NCBI GenBank assembly: GCA_964016885.1
Contig: OZ024744.1
Coordinates: forward strand, 55,986,001 to 56,050,000
Origin: Eledone cirrhosa
Lineage: Eukaryota
Direction: 5' to 3'
DNA length: 64,000 bases
In this document: positions 26,301-41,285 of the stretch, piece by piece
Numbering within the stretch: position 1 is the stretch's first letter
Layout of the letters: every line of letters starts with the position of its first letter
Notes under the pieces: generated by a model
Databases searched by the model: none
What the model saw: the letters and a program-made list of their open reading frames with translations, nothing else
What the model was told of the DNA's origin: nothing
Position numbers and translations under genes: made by a program

Positions 26301-29300
26301 ACTATATTGATCTGGTACTGATAGCTAGGTGGACTGTGGTCTGTGACAGAACTATATTGATCTGGTACTGACAGCTAGGTGGACTGTGGTCTGAGACTGA
26401 AGTATATTGATCTGGTACTAACAGGTAGGTAGACTGTGGTCTGTGACTGAACTATATTGATCTGGTACTGTCAGCTAGGTAGACTGTGGTCTGAGACTGA
26501 ATTATATTGATCTGGTACCTTACATTGACAGCTAGGTAGACTGTGGTCTGTGACTGAACTATATTGATCTGGTACTGACAGCTAGGTGGACTGTGATCTG
26601 AGACTGAACTGTATTGATCTGGTACCTTACGTTGACAGCTAGGTAGACTGTTGTCTGAGGCTGAACTATATTGATCTGGTACCTTACATTGACAGCTAGG
26701 TAGACTGTGGTCTGTGACTGAACTATATTGATCTGGTACTGACAGCTAGGTGGACTGTGATCTGCGACTGAACTATATTGATCTGGTACATTACATTGAC
26801 AGCTAGGTGGACTGTGGTCTGAGACTGAACTATATTGATCTGGTATTGACAGCTAGGTGGACTGTGGTCTGGGACTGAACTATATTGATCTGGTACTGCC
26901 AGCTAGGTAGACTGTGGTCTGAGACTGAACTATATTGATCTGGTACTGACAGCTAGGTAGACTGTGGTCTGGGACTGAACTATATTGATCTGGTACCTTA
27001 CATTGACAGCTAGGTGGACTGTGGTCTGAGACTGAACTATATTGATCTGGTATTGACAGCTAGGTGGACTGTGGTCTGGGACTGAACTATATTGATCTGT
27101 TACTGACAGCTAGGTGGACTGTTGTCTGAGACTGAAGTATATTGATCTGGTATTGACAGCTAGGTAGACTGTGATCTGAGACTGAACTATATTGATCTGG
27201 TACTGACAGCTAGGTGGACTGTGGTCTGAGACTGAACTATATTGATCTGGTACCTTTCATTTACAGCTAGGTAGACTGTGGTCTGAGACTGAACTATATT
27301 GATCTGGTACTGACAGCTAGGTAGACTGTGATCTGAGACTGAACTATATTGATCTGGTACTGACAGCTAGGTAGACTGTGATCTGAGACTGAACTATATT
27401 GATCTGGTACTGACAGCTAGGTAGACTGTGATCTGAGACTGAACTATATTGATCTGGTACTGACAGCTAGCTGGACTGTCGTCTGTGACTGAACTATATT
27501 GATCTGGTACTGACAGCTAGGTAGACTGTGGTCTGAGATTGAACTATATTGTTCTGGTACCTTACATTGACAGCTAGGTAGACTGTGGTCTGTGACTGAA
27601 CTATATTGATCTGGTACTGACAGCTAGGTGGACTGTGGTCTGAGACTGAACTATATTGATCTGTTAATGACAGCTAGGTAGACTGTGGTCTGAGACTGAA
27701 CTATATTGATCTGGTACTGACAGCTAGGTGGACTGTGGTCTGAGACTGAACTAAATTGATCTGGTACTGACATCTAGGTAGAATGCGGTCTGAGGCTGAA
27801 CTATATTGATCTGGTACCTTACATTGACAGCTAGGTAGACTGTGGTCTGAGACTGAACAATATTGATCTGGTACTGACAGCTAGGTGGACTATGGTCTGA
27901 GACTGAACTATATTGATCTGGCACTGACAGCTAGGTGGACTATGGTCTGAGACTGAACTCTATTGATGTGGTACCTATTACTGACAGCTAGGTGGACTGT
28001 GGTCTGAGACTGAAGTATATTGATCTGGTTCCTTACGTTGACAGCTAGGTGGACTGTGGTCTGAAATTGAACTATATTGATCTGGTACATTACATTGACA
28101 GCTAGGTGGACTGTGGTCTGAGACTGAACTATATTGATCTGGTACTGACAGCTAGGTGGACTGTGGTCTGAGACTGAACTATATTGATCTGGTACTGACA
28201 GCTAGGTAGACTGTGGTCTGAGATTGAACTATATTGATCTGGTACTGACAGCTAGGTGGAGTGTGGTCTGAGACTGAACTATATTGATTTGGCACTGACA
28301 GCTAGGTGGACTGTGGTCTCTGACTGAACTATATTGATGTGGTACCTATTACTGACAGCTAGGTGGACTGTGGTCTGAGACTGAACTATATTGATCTGGT
28401 ACTGACAGCTAGGTAGACTGTGGTCTGAGACTGAACTATATTGATCTGGTACCTTACATTGACAGTTAGGTGGACTGTGGTCTGAGACTGAACTATATTG
28501 ATCTGGTACTAAAATGTAGGTAGACTGTGGTCTGTGACTGAACTATATTGATCTGGTACTGACAGCTAGGTAGACTGTGGTCTGAGACTGAATTATATTG
28601 ATCTGGTACCTTACATTGACAGCTAGGTAGACTGTGATCTGTGACTGAACTATATTGATCTGGTACTGACAGCTAGGTGGACTGTGGTCTGAGACTGAAC
28701 TATATTGATCTGGTACCTTACATTGACAGCTAGGTAGACTGTTGTCTGAGGCTGAACTATATTGATCTGGTACCTTACATTGACAGCTAGGTAGACTGTG
28801 GTCTGAGACTGAACTATATTGATCTGGTACCTTACATTGACAGCTAGGTGGACTGTGGTCTGTGACTGAACTATATTGATCTGTTACTGACAGCTGGACA
28901 GACTGTGGTCTGAGACTGAACTATTTTGATGTGGTACTGACAGCTAGTTGGACTGTGGTCTGAGACTGAACTATATTGATCTGGTACTTACATTGACAGC
29001 TAGGTAGACTGTGGCCTGAGACTGAACTATATTGATCTGGTACCTTACTTTAACAGCTAGGTAGACTGTGGTCTGAGACTGAACTATATTGATCTGGTAC
29101 TGACAGCTAGGTAGACTGTGGTGTGAGACTGTACTATATTTATCTGGTACCTTACATTGACAGCTAGGTAGACTGTGGTCTGAGACTGAATTATATTGAT
29201 CTGGTACAGACAGCTAGGTAGACTGTGGTGTGAGACTGTACTATATTTATCTGGTACCTTACATTGACAGCTAGGTAGACTGTGGCCTGAGACTGAACTA

Positions 29301-32099
29301 TATTGATCTGGTACCTTACATTGACAGATAGGTAGACTGTGGTCTGTGACTGAACTATATTGATCTGGTACTGACAGCTAGGTGGACTGTGGTCTGAGAC
29401 TGAACTATATTGATCTGTTAATGTCAGCTAGCTGGACTGAGGTCTGAGACTGAACTATATTGATCTGCTACTGACAGCTAGGTGGACTGTGGTCTGAGAC
29501 TGAACTATATTGATCTGGTACTGACAGCTAGGTGGACTGTGGTCTGTGACTGAACTATATTGATCTGGTACTGACAGCAAGGTGGACTGTGGTCTGAGAC
29601 TGAACTATATTGATCTGGTACCTTACATTGACAGCTAGGTGGACTGTGGTCTGAGACTGAACTATATTGATCTTGTACTGACAGCTAGGTGGACTGTGGT
29701 CTCAAACTGAACTAAATTGATCTGGTACTGACATCTAGGTAGAATGTGGTCTGAGACTGAACTATATTGATCTGGTACCTTACATTGACAGCTAGGTAGA
29801 CTGTGGTCTGAGACTGAAATATATTGATCTGGCAACTTACACTGACAGCTAGGTGGACTGTGGTCTGAGACTGAACTATATTGATCTGGTACCTTACATT
29901 GACAGCTAGGTGGACTGTGGTCTGAGACTGAACTATATTGATCTGGTACCTTACATTGACAGCTAGGTGGACTGTGGTCTGAGACTGAACTATATTGATC
30001 TGGTACTGACAGCTCGGTGGACTGTGGTCTGTGACTGAACTATATTGATCTGGTACATTACATTGACAGCTAGGTGGACAGTGGTCTGAGACTGAACTAT
30101 ATTGATCTGGTATCTTACATTGACAGTTAGGTGGACTGTGGTCTGAGACTGAACTATATTGATCTGGTACTGACAGCTAGGTAGACTGTTGTCTGAGATT
30201 GAACTATATTGATCTGGTACTGACAGCTAGGTGGACTCTGGTCTCTGACTGAACTATATTGATGTGGTACCTATTACTGACAGCTAGGTGGACTGTGGTC
30301 TGAGACTGAACTATATTGATCTGGTACTGACAGCTAAGTAGACTGTGGTCTGTGACTGAACTATATTGATCTGGTACCTTACATTGACAGTTTGGTGGAC
30401 TGTGGTCTGAGACTGAACTGTATTGATCTGGTACTAACAGGTAGACAGACTGTGGTCTGTGACTGAACTATATTGATCTGGTACTGACAGCTAAGTAGAC
30501 TGTGGTCTGAGACTGAACTATATTGATCTGGTACCTTACATTGACCGTTAGGTGGACTGTGTTCTGAGACTGAACTATAATGATCTGGTACCTTACATTG
30601 ACAGCTAGGTAGACTGTGGTCTGAGACTGAACTATATTGATCTGGTACCCTACATTGACTGCTAGGTAGACTGTGGTCTGTGACTGAACTATATTGATCT
30701 GGTATTGACTGCTACGTAGACTGTGGTCTGGGACTCAACTATATTGATCTGGTACGCACAGCTAGGTAGACTGTGGTCTGAGACTGAACTATATTGATCT
30801 GGTATTGACTGCTAGGTAGACTGTGGTCTGGGACTGAACTATATTGATCTGGTATTGACAGCTAGGTAGACTGTGGTCTGAGACTGAACTATATTGATCA
30901 GGTATTGACAGCTAGGTAGACTCTGGTCTCTGACTGAACTATATTGATGTGGTACCTATTACTGACAGCTAGGTGGACTGTGGTCTGAGACTGAACTATA
31001 TTGATCTGGTACTGACAGCTAAGTAGACTGTGGTCTAAGACTGAACTATATTGATCTGGTACATTACATTGACAGCTAGGTGGACTGTGGTCTGAGACTG
31101 AACTATATTGATCTGGTATTGAAAGCTAGGTACACTGTGGTCTGAGACTGAACTATATTGATCTGGTACTGACAGCTAGGTGGACTGTGGTCTGAGACTG
31201 AACTATATTGATCTGCTACTGACAGCCAGGTAGACTGTGGTCTGAGACTGAACTATATTGATCTGGTACATTACATTGACAGCTAGGTGGACTGTGGTCT
31301 GAGACTGAACTATATTGATCTGGTATTGACAGCTAGGTGGACTGTGGTCTGGGACTGAACTATATTGATCTGGTACTGCCAGCTAGGTAGACTGTGGTCT
31401 GAGACTGAACTACATTGATCTGGTATTGATAGCTAGGTAGACTGTGGTCTGGGACTGAACTATATTGATCTGGTACCTTACATTGACAGCTAGGTGGACT
31501 GTGGTCTGTGACTGAACTATATTGATCTGGTACTGACAGCTAGGTGGACTGTGGTCTGTGACTGAACTATATTGATCTGGTACTGATAGCTAGGTGGACT
31601 GTGGTCTGTGACTGAACTATATTGATCTGGTACTGATAGCTAGGTGGACTGTGGTCTGTGACAGAACTATATTGATCTGGTACTGACAGCTAGGTGGACT
31701 GTGGTCTGAGACTGAAGTATATTGATCTGGTACTAACAGGTAGGTAGACTGTGGTCTGTGACTGAACTATATTGATCTGGTACTGTCAGCTAGGTAGACT
31801 GTGGTCTGAGACTGAATTATATTGATCTGGTACCTTACATTGACAGCTAGGTAGACTGTGGTCTGTGACTGAACTATATTGATCTGGTACTGACAGCTAG
31901 GTGGACTGTGATCTGAGACTGAACTGTATTGATCTGGTACCTTACGTTGACAGCTAGGTAGACTGTTGTCTGAGGCTGAACTATATTGATCTGGTACCTT
32001 ACATTGACAGCTAGGTAGACTGTGGTCTGTGACTGAACTATATTGATCTGGTACTGACAGCTAGGTGGACTGTGATCTGCGACTGAACTATATTGATCT

Positions 32100-33030
32100 G
32101 GTACATTACATTGACAGCTAGGTGGACTGTGGTCTGAGACTGAACTATATTGATCTGGTATTGACAGCTAGGTGGACTGTGGTCTGGGACTGAACTATAT
32201 TGATCTGGTACTGCCAGCTAGGTAGACTGTGGTCTGAGACTGAACTATATTGATCTGGTACTGACAGCTAGGTAGACTGTGGTCTGGGACTGAACTATAT
32301 TGATCTGGTACCTTACATTGACAGCTAGGTGGACTGTGGTCTGTGACTGAACTATATTGATCTGGTACTGACAGCTAGGAAGACTGTGGTCTGTGACTGA
32401 ACTATATTGATCTGGTACTGATACCTAGGTGGACTGTGGTCTGTGACTGAACTATATTGATCTGGTACTGACAGCTAGGTAGACTGTGGTCTGAGACTGA
32501 ACTATATTGATCTGGTACTGACAGCTAGGTGGACTGTGGTCTGAGACTGAACTATATTGATCTGGTACTGGCAGCCAGGTAGACTGTGGTCTGAGACTGA
32601 ACTATATTGATCTGGTACATTACATTGACAGCTAGGTGGACTGTGGTCTGAGACTGAACTATATTGATCTGGTATTGACAGCTAGTTGGACTGTGGTCTG
32701 GGACTGAACTATATTGATCTGGTACTGCCAGCTAGGTAGACTGTGGTCTGAGACTGAACTATATTGATCTGGTACTGACAGCTAGGTAGACTGTGGTCTG
32801 GGACTGAACTATATTGATCTGGTAACTTACATTGACAGCTAGGTGGACTGTGGTCTGTGACTGAACTATATTGATCTGGTACTGACAGCTAGGTGGACTG
32901 TGGTCTGTGACTGAACTATATTGATCTGGTACTGATACCTAGGTGGACTGTGGTCTGTGACTGAACTATATTGATCTGGTACTGACAGCTAGGTAGACTG
33001 TGGTCTGAGACTGAACTATATTGATCTGTT
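32100..33030 (+). repeat. 514-bp 10-mer sub-repeat (8 short + 2 long), about two tandem copies; recurs at ~45100, ~51190, ~54000 and ~57950
   Basis: Markers ACATTACATTG (~32104/~32618), ACTGCCAGC (~32210/~32724) and GATACCTAGG (~32420/~32934) repeat at 514 bp = 8x50+2x57. Confidence 0.82.
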
Positions 33031-36000
33031 ACTGACAGCTAGGTGGACTGTGGTCTGAGACTGAAGTATATTGATCTGGTATTGACAGCTAGGTAGACTG
33101 TGATCTGAGACTGAACTATATTGATCTGGTACTGACAGCTAGGTGGACTGTGGTCTGAGACTGAACTATATTGATCTGGTACCTTTCATTTACAGCTAGG
33201 TAGACTGTGGTCTGAGACTGAACTATATTGATCTGGTACTGACAGCTAGGTAGACTGTGATCTGAGACTGAACTATATTGATCTGGTACTGACAGCTAGG
33301 TAGACTGTGATCTGAGACTGAACTATATTGATCTGGTACTGACAGCTAGGTAGACTGTGATCTGAGACTGAACTATATTGATCTGGTACTGACAGCTAGC
33401 TGGACTGTCGTCTGTGACTGAACTATATTGATCTGGTACTGACAGCTAGGTAGACTGTGGTCTGAGATTGAACTATATTGTTCTGGTACCTTACATTGAC
33501 AGCTAGGTAGACTGTGGTCTGTGACTGAACTATATTGATCTGGTACTGACAGCTAGGTGGACTGTGGTCTGAGACTGAACTATATTGATCTGTTAATGAC
33601 AGCTAGCTGGACTGTGGTCTGAGACTGAACTATATTGATCTGGTACTGACAGCTAGGTGGACTGTGGTCTGAGACTGAACTAAATTGATCTGGTACTGAC
33701 ATCTAGGTAGAATGTGGTCTGAGGCTGAACTATATTGATCTGGTACCTTACATTGACAGCTAGGTAGACCGTGGTCTGAGACTGAACAATATTGATCTGG
33801 TACTGACAGCTAGGTGGACTATGGTCTGAGACTGAACTATATTGATCTGGCACTGACAGCTAGGTGGACTATGGTCTGAGACTGAACTCTATTGATGTGG
33901 TACCTATTACTGACAGCTAGGTGGACTGTGGTCTGAGACTGAAGTATATTGATCTGGTTCCTTACGTTGACAGCTAGGTGGACTGTGGTCTGAAATTGAA
34001 CTATATTGATCTGGTACATTACATTGACAGCTAGGTGGACTGTGGTCTGAGACTGAACTATATTGATCTTGTACTGACAGCTAGGTGGATTGTGGTCTGA
34101 GACTGAACTATATTGATCTGGTACTGACAGCTAGGTAGACTGTGGTCTGAGATTGAACTATATTGATCTGGTACTGACAGCTAGGTGGAGTGTGGTCTGA
34201 GACTGAACTATATTGATTTGGCACTGACAGCTAGGTGGACTGTGGTCTCTGACTGAACTATATTGATGTGGTACCTATTACTGACAGCTAGGTGGACTGT
34301 GGTCTGAGACTGAACTATATTGATCTGGTACTGACAGCTAGGTAGACTGTGGTCTGAGACTGAACTATATTGATCTGGTACCTTACATTGACAGTTAGGT
34401 GGACTGTGGTCTGAGACTGAATTATATTGATCTGGTACTAAAATGTAGGTAGACTGTGGTCTGTGACTGAACTATATTGATCTGGTACTGACAGCTAGGT
34501 AGACTGTGGTCTGAGACTGAATTATATTGATCTGGTACCTTACATTGACAGCTAGGTAGACTGTGATCTGTGACTGAACTATATTGATCTGGTACTGACA
34601 GCTAGGTGGACTGTGGTCTGAGACTGAACTATATTGATCTGGTACCTTACATTGACAGCTAGGTAGACTGTTGTCTGAGGCTGAACTATATTGATCTGGT
34701 ACCTTACATTGACAGCTAGGTAGACTGTGGTCTGAGACTGAACTATATTGATCTGGTACCTTACATTGACAGCTAGGTGGACTGTGGTCTGTGACTGAAC
34801 TATATTGATCTGTTACTGACAGCTGGACAGACTGTGGTCTGAGACTGAACTATTTTGATGTGGTACTGACAGCTAGTTGGACTGTGGTCTGAGACTGAAC
34901 TATATTGATCTGGTACTTACATTGACAGCTAGGTAGACTGTGGCCTGAGACTGAACTATATTGATCTGGTACCTTACTTTAACAGCTAGGTAGACTGTGG
35001 TCTGAGACTGAACTATATTGATCTGGTACTGACAGCTAGGTAGACTGTGGTGTGAGACTGTACTATATTTATCTGGTACCTTACATTGACAGCTAGGTAG
35101 ACTGTGGTCTGAGACTGAATTATATTGATCTGGTACAGACAGCTAGGTAGACTGTGGTTTGAGACTGTACTATATTTATCTGGTACCTTACATTGACAGC
35201 TAGGTAGACTGTGGCCTGAGACTGAACTATATTGATCTGGTACCTTACATTGACAGATAGGTAGACTGTGGTCTGTGACTGAACTATATTGATCTGGTAC
35301 TGACAGCTAGGTGGACTGTGGTCTGAGACTGAACTATATTGATCTGTTAATGTCAGCTAGCTGGACTGAGGTCTGAGACTGAACTATATTGATCTGCTAC
35401 TGACAGCTAGGTGGACTGTGGTCTGAGACTGAACTATATTGATCTGGTACTGACAGCTAGGTGGACTGTGGTCTGTGACTGAACTATATTGATCTGGTAC
35501 TGACAGCAAGGTGGACTGTGGTCTGAGACTGAACTATATTGATCTGGTACCTTACATTGACAGCTAGGTGGACTGTGGTCTGAGACTGAACTATATTGAT
35601 CTTGTACTGACAGCTAGGTGGACTGTGGTCTCAAACTGAACTAAATTGATCTGGTACTGACATCTAGGTAGAATGTGGTCTGAGACTGAACTATATTGAT
35701 CTGGTACCTTACATTGACAGCTAGGTAGACTGTGGTCTGAAACTGAAATATATTGATCTGGCAACTTACACTGACAGCTAGTTGGACTGTTGTCTGAGAC
35801 TGAACTATATTGATCTGGTACCTTACATTGACAGCTAGGTGGACTGTGGTCTGAGACTGAACTATATTGATCTGGTACCTTACATTGACAGCTAGGTGGA
35901 CTGTGGTCTGAGACTGAACTATATTGATCTGGTACTGACAGCTCGGTGGACTGTGGTCTGTGACTGAACTATATTGATCTGGTACATTACATTGACAGCT

Positions 36001-36090
36001 AGGTGGACAGTGGTCTGAGACTGAACTATATTGATCTGGTATCTTACATTGACAGTTAGGTGGACTGTGGTCTGAGACTGAACTATATTG

Positions 36091-39000
36091 ATTTGGCACT
36101 GACAGCTAGGTGGACTGTGGTCTCTGACTGAACTATATTGATGTGGTACCTATTACTGACAGCTAAGTGGACTGTGGTCTGAGACTGAACTATATTGATC
36201 TGGTACTGACAGCTAGGTAGACTGTGGTCTGAGACTGAACTATATTGATCTGGTACCTTACATTGACAGTTAGGTGGACTGTGCTCTGAGACTGAACTAT
36301 ATTGATCTGGTACTGACAGCTAGGTAGATTGTGGTCTAAGACTGAACTATATTGATCTGGTACCTCACATTGACAGTTAGGTATACTGTGGTCTGAGACT
36401 GAACTATATTGATCTGGTACTAAAATGTAGGTAGACTGTGGTCTGTGACTGAACTATATTGATCTGGTACTGACAGCTAGGTAGACTGTGGTCTGAGACT
36501 GAATTATATTGATCTGGTACCTTACATTGACAGCTAGGTAGACTGTTGTCTGAGGCTGAACTATATTGATCTGGTACCTTACGTTGACAGCTAGGTAGAC
36601 TGTGGTCTGAGACTGACCTATATTGATCTGGTACCTTACATTGACTGCTAGGTAGACTGTGGTCTGTGACTGAACTATATTGATCTGGTATTGCCTGCTA
36701 GGTAGACAGTGGTCTGGGTCTGAACTATATTGATCTGGTACGCACAGCTAGGTAGACTGTGGTCTGAGACTGAACTATATTGATCTGGTATTGACTGCTA
36801 GGTAGTCTGTGGTCTGGGACTGAACTATATTGATCTGGTATTGACAGCTAGGTAGACTGTGGTCTGAGACTGAACTATATTATCTGGTATTGACAGCTAG
36901 GTAGACTGTGGTCTGAGACTGAACTATATTGATCTGGTACATTACATTGACAGCTAGGTGGACTGTGGTCTGAGACTGAACTATATTGATCTGGTATTGA
37001 CATCTAGGTAGACTGTGGTCTGAGACTGAACTATATTGATCTGGTACTGACAGCTAGGTGGACTGTGGTCTGAGACTGAACTATATTGATCTGGTACATT
37101 ACATTGACAGCTAGGTAGACTGTGGTCTGGGACTGAACTATATTGATCAGGTACTGACAGCTAGGTAGACTGTGGTCTGAGACTGAACTATATTGATCTG
37201 GTATTTACAGCTAGGTAGACAGTGGTCTGGGACTGACCTATATTGATCTGGTACTGACAGCTAGGTGGACTGTGGTCTGTGACTGAACTATATTGATCTG
37301 GTACTGACAGCTAGGTGGATTGTGGTCTGTGACTGAACTATATTGATCTGGTACTGATAGCTAGGTGGACTGTGGTCGGTGACTAAACTATATTGATCTG
37401 GTACTGACATCTAGGTGGACTGTGGTCTGTGACTGAACTATATTGATCTGGTACTGATAGCTAGGTGGACTGTGGTCTGTGACTGAACTATATTGATCTG
37501 TTACTGACAGCTAGGTGGACTGTTGTCTGAGACTGAAGTATATTGATCTGGTATTGACAGCTAGGTAGACTGTGATCTGAGACTGAACTATATTGATCTG
37601 GTACTGACAGCTAGGTGGACTGTGGTCTGAGACTGAACTATATTGATCTGGTACCTTTCATTTACAGCTAGGTAGACTGTGGTCTGAGACTGAACTATAT
37701 TGATCTGGTACTGACAGCTAGGTAGACTGTGATCTGAGACTGAACTATATTGATCTGGTACTGACAGCTAGGTAGACTGTGATCTGAGACTGAACTATAT
37801 TGATCTGGTACTGACAGCTAGGTAGACTGTGATCTGAGACTGAACTATATTGATCTGGTACTGACAGCTAGCTGGACTGTCGTCTGTGACTGAACTATAT
37901 TGATCTGGTACTGACAGCTAGGTAGACTGTGGTCTGAGATTGAACTATATTGTTCTGGTACCTTACATTGACAGCTAGGTAGACTGTGGTCTGTGACTGA
38001 ACTATATTGATCTGGTACTGACAGCTAGGTGGACTGTGGTCTGAGACTGAACTATATTGATCTGTTAATGACAGCTAGGTAGACTGTGGTCTGAGACTGA
38101 ACTATATTGATCTGGTACTGACAGCTAGGTGGACTGTGGTCTGAGACTGAACTAAATTGATCTGGTACTGACATCTAGGTAGAATGTGGTCTGAGGCTGA
38201 ACTATATTGATCTGGTACCTTACATTGACAGCTAGGTAGACTGTGGTCTGAGACTGAACAATATTGATCTGGTACTGACAGCTAGGTGGACTATGGTCTG
38301 AGACTGAACTATATTGATCTGGCACTGACAGCTAGGTGGACTATGGTCTGAGACTGAACTCTATTGATGTGGTACCTATTACTGACAGCTAGGTGGACTG
38401 TGGTCTGAGACTGAAGTATATTGATCTGGTTCCTTACGTTGACAGCTAGGTGGACTGTGGTCTGAAATTGAACTATATTGATCTGGTACATTACATTGAC
38501 AGCTAGGTGGACTGTGGTCTGAGACTGAACTATATTGATCTGGTACTGACAGCTAGGTGGACTGTGGTCTGAGACTGAACTATATTGATCTGGTACTGAC
38601 AGCTAGGTAGACTGTGGTCTGAGATTGAACTATATTGATCTGGTACTGACAGCTAGGTGGACTGTGGTCTGAGACTGAACTATATTGATTCGGCACTGAC
38701 AGCTAGGTGGACTGTGGTCTCTGACTGAACTATATTGATGTGGTACCTATTACTGACAGCTAAGTGGACTGTGGTCTGAGACTGAACTATATTGATCTGG
38801 TACTGACAGCTAGGTAGACTGTGGTCTGAGACTGAACTATATTGATCTGGTACCTTACATTGACAGTTAGCTGGACTGTGCTCTGAGACTGAACTATATT
38901 GATCTGGTACTGACAGCTAGGTAGATTGTGGTCTAAGACTGAACTATATTGATCTGGTACCTCACATTGACAGTTAGGTATACTGTGGTCTGAGACTGAA

Positions 39001-41285
39001 CTATATTGATCTGGTACTAAAATGTAGGTAGACTGTGGTCTGTGACTGAACTATATTGATCTGGTACTGACAGCTAGGTAGACTGTGGTCTGAGACTGAA
39101 TTATATTGATCTGGTACCTTACATTGACAGCTAGGTAGACTGTTGTCTGAGGCTGAACTATATTGATCTGGTACCTTACGTTGACAGCTAGGTAGACTGT
39201 GGTCTGAGACTGAACTATATTGATCTGGTACCTTACATTGACTGCTAGGTAGACTGTGGTCTGTGACTGAACTATATTGATCTGGTATTGCCTGCTAGGT
39301 AGACAGTGGTCTGGGTCTGAACTATATTGATCTGGTACGCACAGCTAGGTAGACTGTGGTCTGAGACTGAACTATATTGATCTGGTATTGACTGCTAGGT
39401 AGTCTGTGGTCTGGGACTGAACTATATTGATCTGGTATTGACAGCTAGGTAGACTGTGGTCTGAGACTGAACTATATTATCTGGTATTGACAGCTAGGTA
39501 GACTGTGGTCTGAGACTGAACTATATTGATCTGGTACATTACATTGACAGCTAGGTGGACTGTGGTCTGAGACTGAACTATATTGATCTGGTATTGACAT
39601 CTAGGTAGACTGTGGTCTGAGACTGAACTATATTGATCTGGTACTGACAGCTAGGTGGACTGTGGTCTGAGACTGAACTATATTGATCTGGTACATTACA
39701 TTGACAGCTAGGTAGACTGTGGTCTGGGACTGAACTATATTGATCAGGTACTGACAGCTAGGTAGACTGTGGTCTGAGACTGAACTATATTGATCTGGTA
39801 TTTACAGCTAGGTAGACAGTGGTCTGGGACTGACCTATATTGATCTGGTACTGACAGCTAGGTGGACTGTGGTCTGTGACTGAACTATATTGATCTGGTA
39901 CTGACAGCTAGGTGGATTGTGGTCTGTGACTGAACTATATTGATCTGGTACTGATAGCTAGGTGGACTGTGGTCGGTGACTAAACTATATTGATCTGGTA
40001 CTGACATCTAGGTGGACTGTGGTCTGTGACTGAACTATATTGATCTGGTACTGATAGCTAGGTGGACTGTGGTCTGTGACTGAACTATATTGATCTGTTA
40101 CTGACAGCTAGGTGGACTGTTGTCTGAGACTGAAGTATATTGATCTGGTATTGACAGCTAGGTAGACTGTGATCTGAGACTGAACTATATTGATCTGGTA
40201 CTGACAGCTAGGTGGACTGTGGTCTGATACTGAACTATATTGATCTGGTACCTTTCATTTACAGCTAGGTAGACTGTGGTCTGAGACTGAACTATATTGA
40301 TCTGGTACTGACAGCTAGGTAGACTGTGATCTGAGACTGAACTATATTGATCTGGTACTGACAGCTAGGTAGACTGTGATCTGAGACTGAACTATATTGA
40401 TCTGGTACTGACAGCTAGGTAGACTGTGATCTGAGACTGAACTATATTGATCTGGTACTGACAGCTAGCTGGACTGTCGTCTGTGACTGAACTATATTGA
40501 TCTGGTACTGACAGCTAGGTAGACTGTGGTCTGAGATTGAACTATATTGTTCTGGTACCTTACATTGACAGCTAGGTAGACTGTGGTCTGTGACTGAACT
40601 ATATTGATCTGGTACTGACAGCTAGGTGGACTGTGGTCTGAGACTGAACTATATTGATCTGTTAATGACAGCTAGGTAGACTGTGGTCTGAGACTGAACT
40701 ATATTGATCTGGTACTGACAGCTAGGTGGACTGTGGTCTGAGACTGAACTAAATTGATCTGGTACTGACATCTAGGTAGAATGTGGTCTGAGGCTGAACT
40801 ATATTGATCTGGTACCTTACATTGACAGCTAGGTAGACTGTGGTCTGAGACTGAACAATATTGATCTGGTACTGACAGCTAGGTGGACTATGGTCTGAGA
40901 CTGAACTATATTGATCTGGCACTGACAGCTAGGTGGACTATGGTCTGAGACTGAACTCTATTGATGTGGTACCTATTACTGACAGCTAGGTGGACTGTGG
41001 TCTGAGACTGAAGTATATTGATCTGGTTCCTTACGTTGACAGCTAGGTGGACTGTGGTCTGAAATTGAACTATATTGATCTGGTACATTACATTGACAGC
41101 TAGGTGGACTGTGGTCTGAGACTGAACTATATTGATCTGGTACTGACAGCTAGGTGGACTGTGGTCTGAGACTGAACTATATTGATCTGGTACTGACAGC
41201 TAGGTAGACTGTGGTCTGAGATTGAACTATATTGATCTGGTACTGACAGCTAGGTGGAGTGTGGTCTGAGACTGAACTATATTGA
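36091..41285 (+). repeat. Tandem pair of 2597-bp blocks, each a copy of 20375-22970
   Basis: GTGCTCTGAG, ACCTCACATTG..GGTATACTG, ATTGCCTGC..GGGTCTG and the 49-bp monomer ATATTATCTGG occur at ~20.5-21.2 kb, at +15716 and at +18313. The ORF offset 38309->40906 is 2597. Confidence 0.9.
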
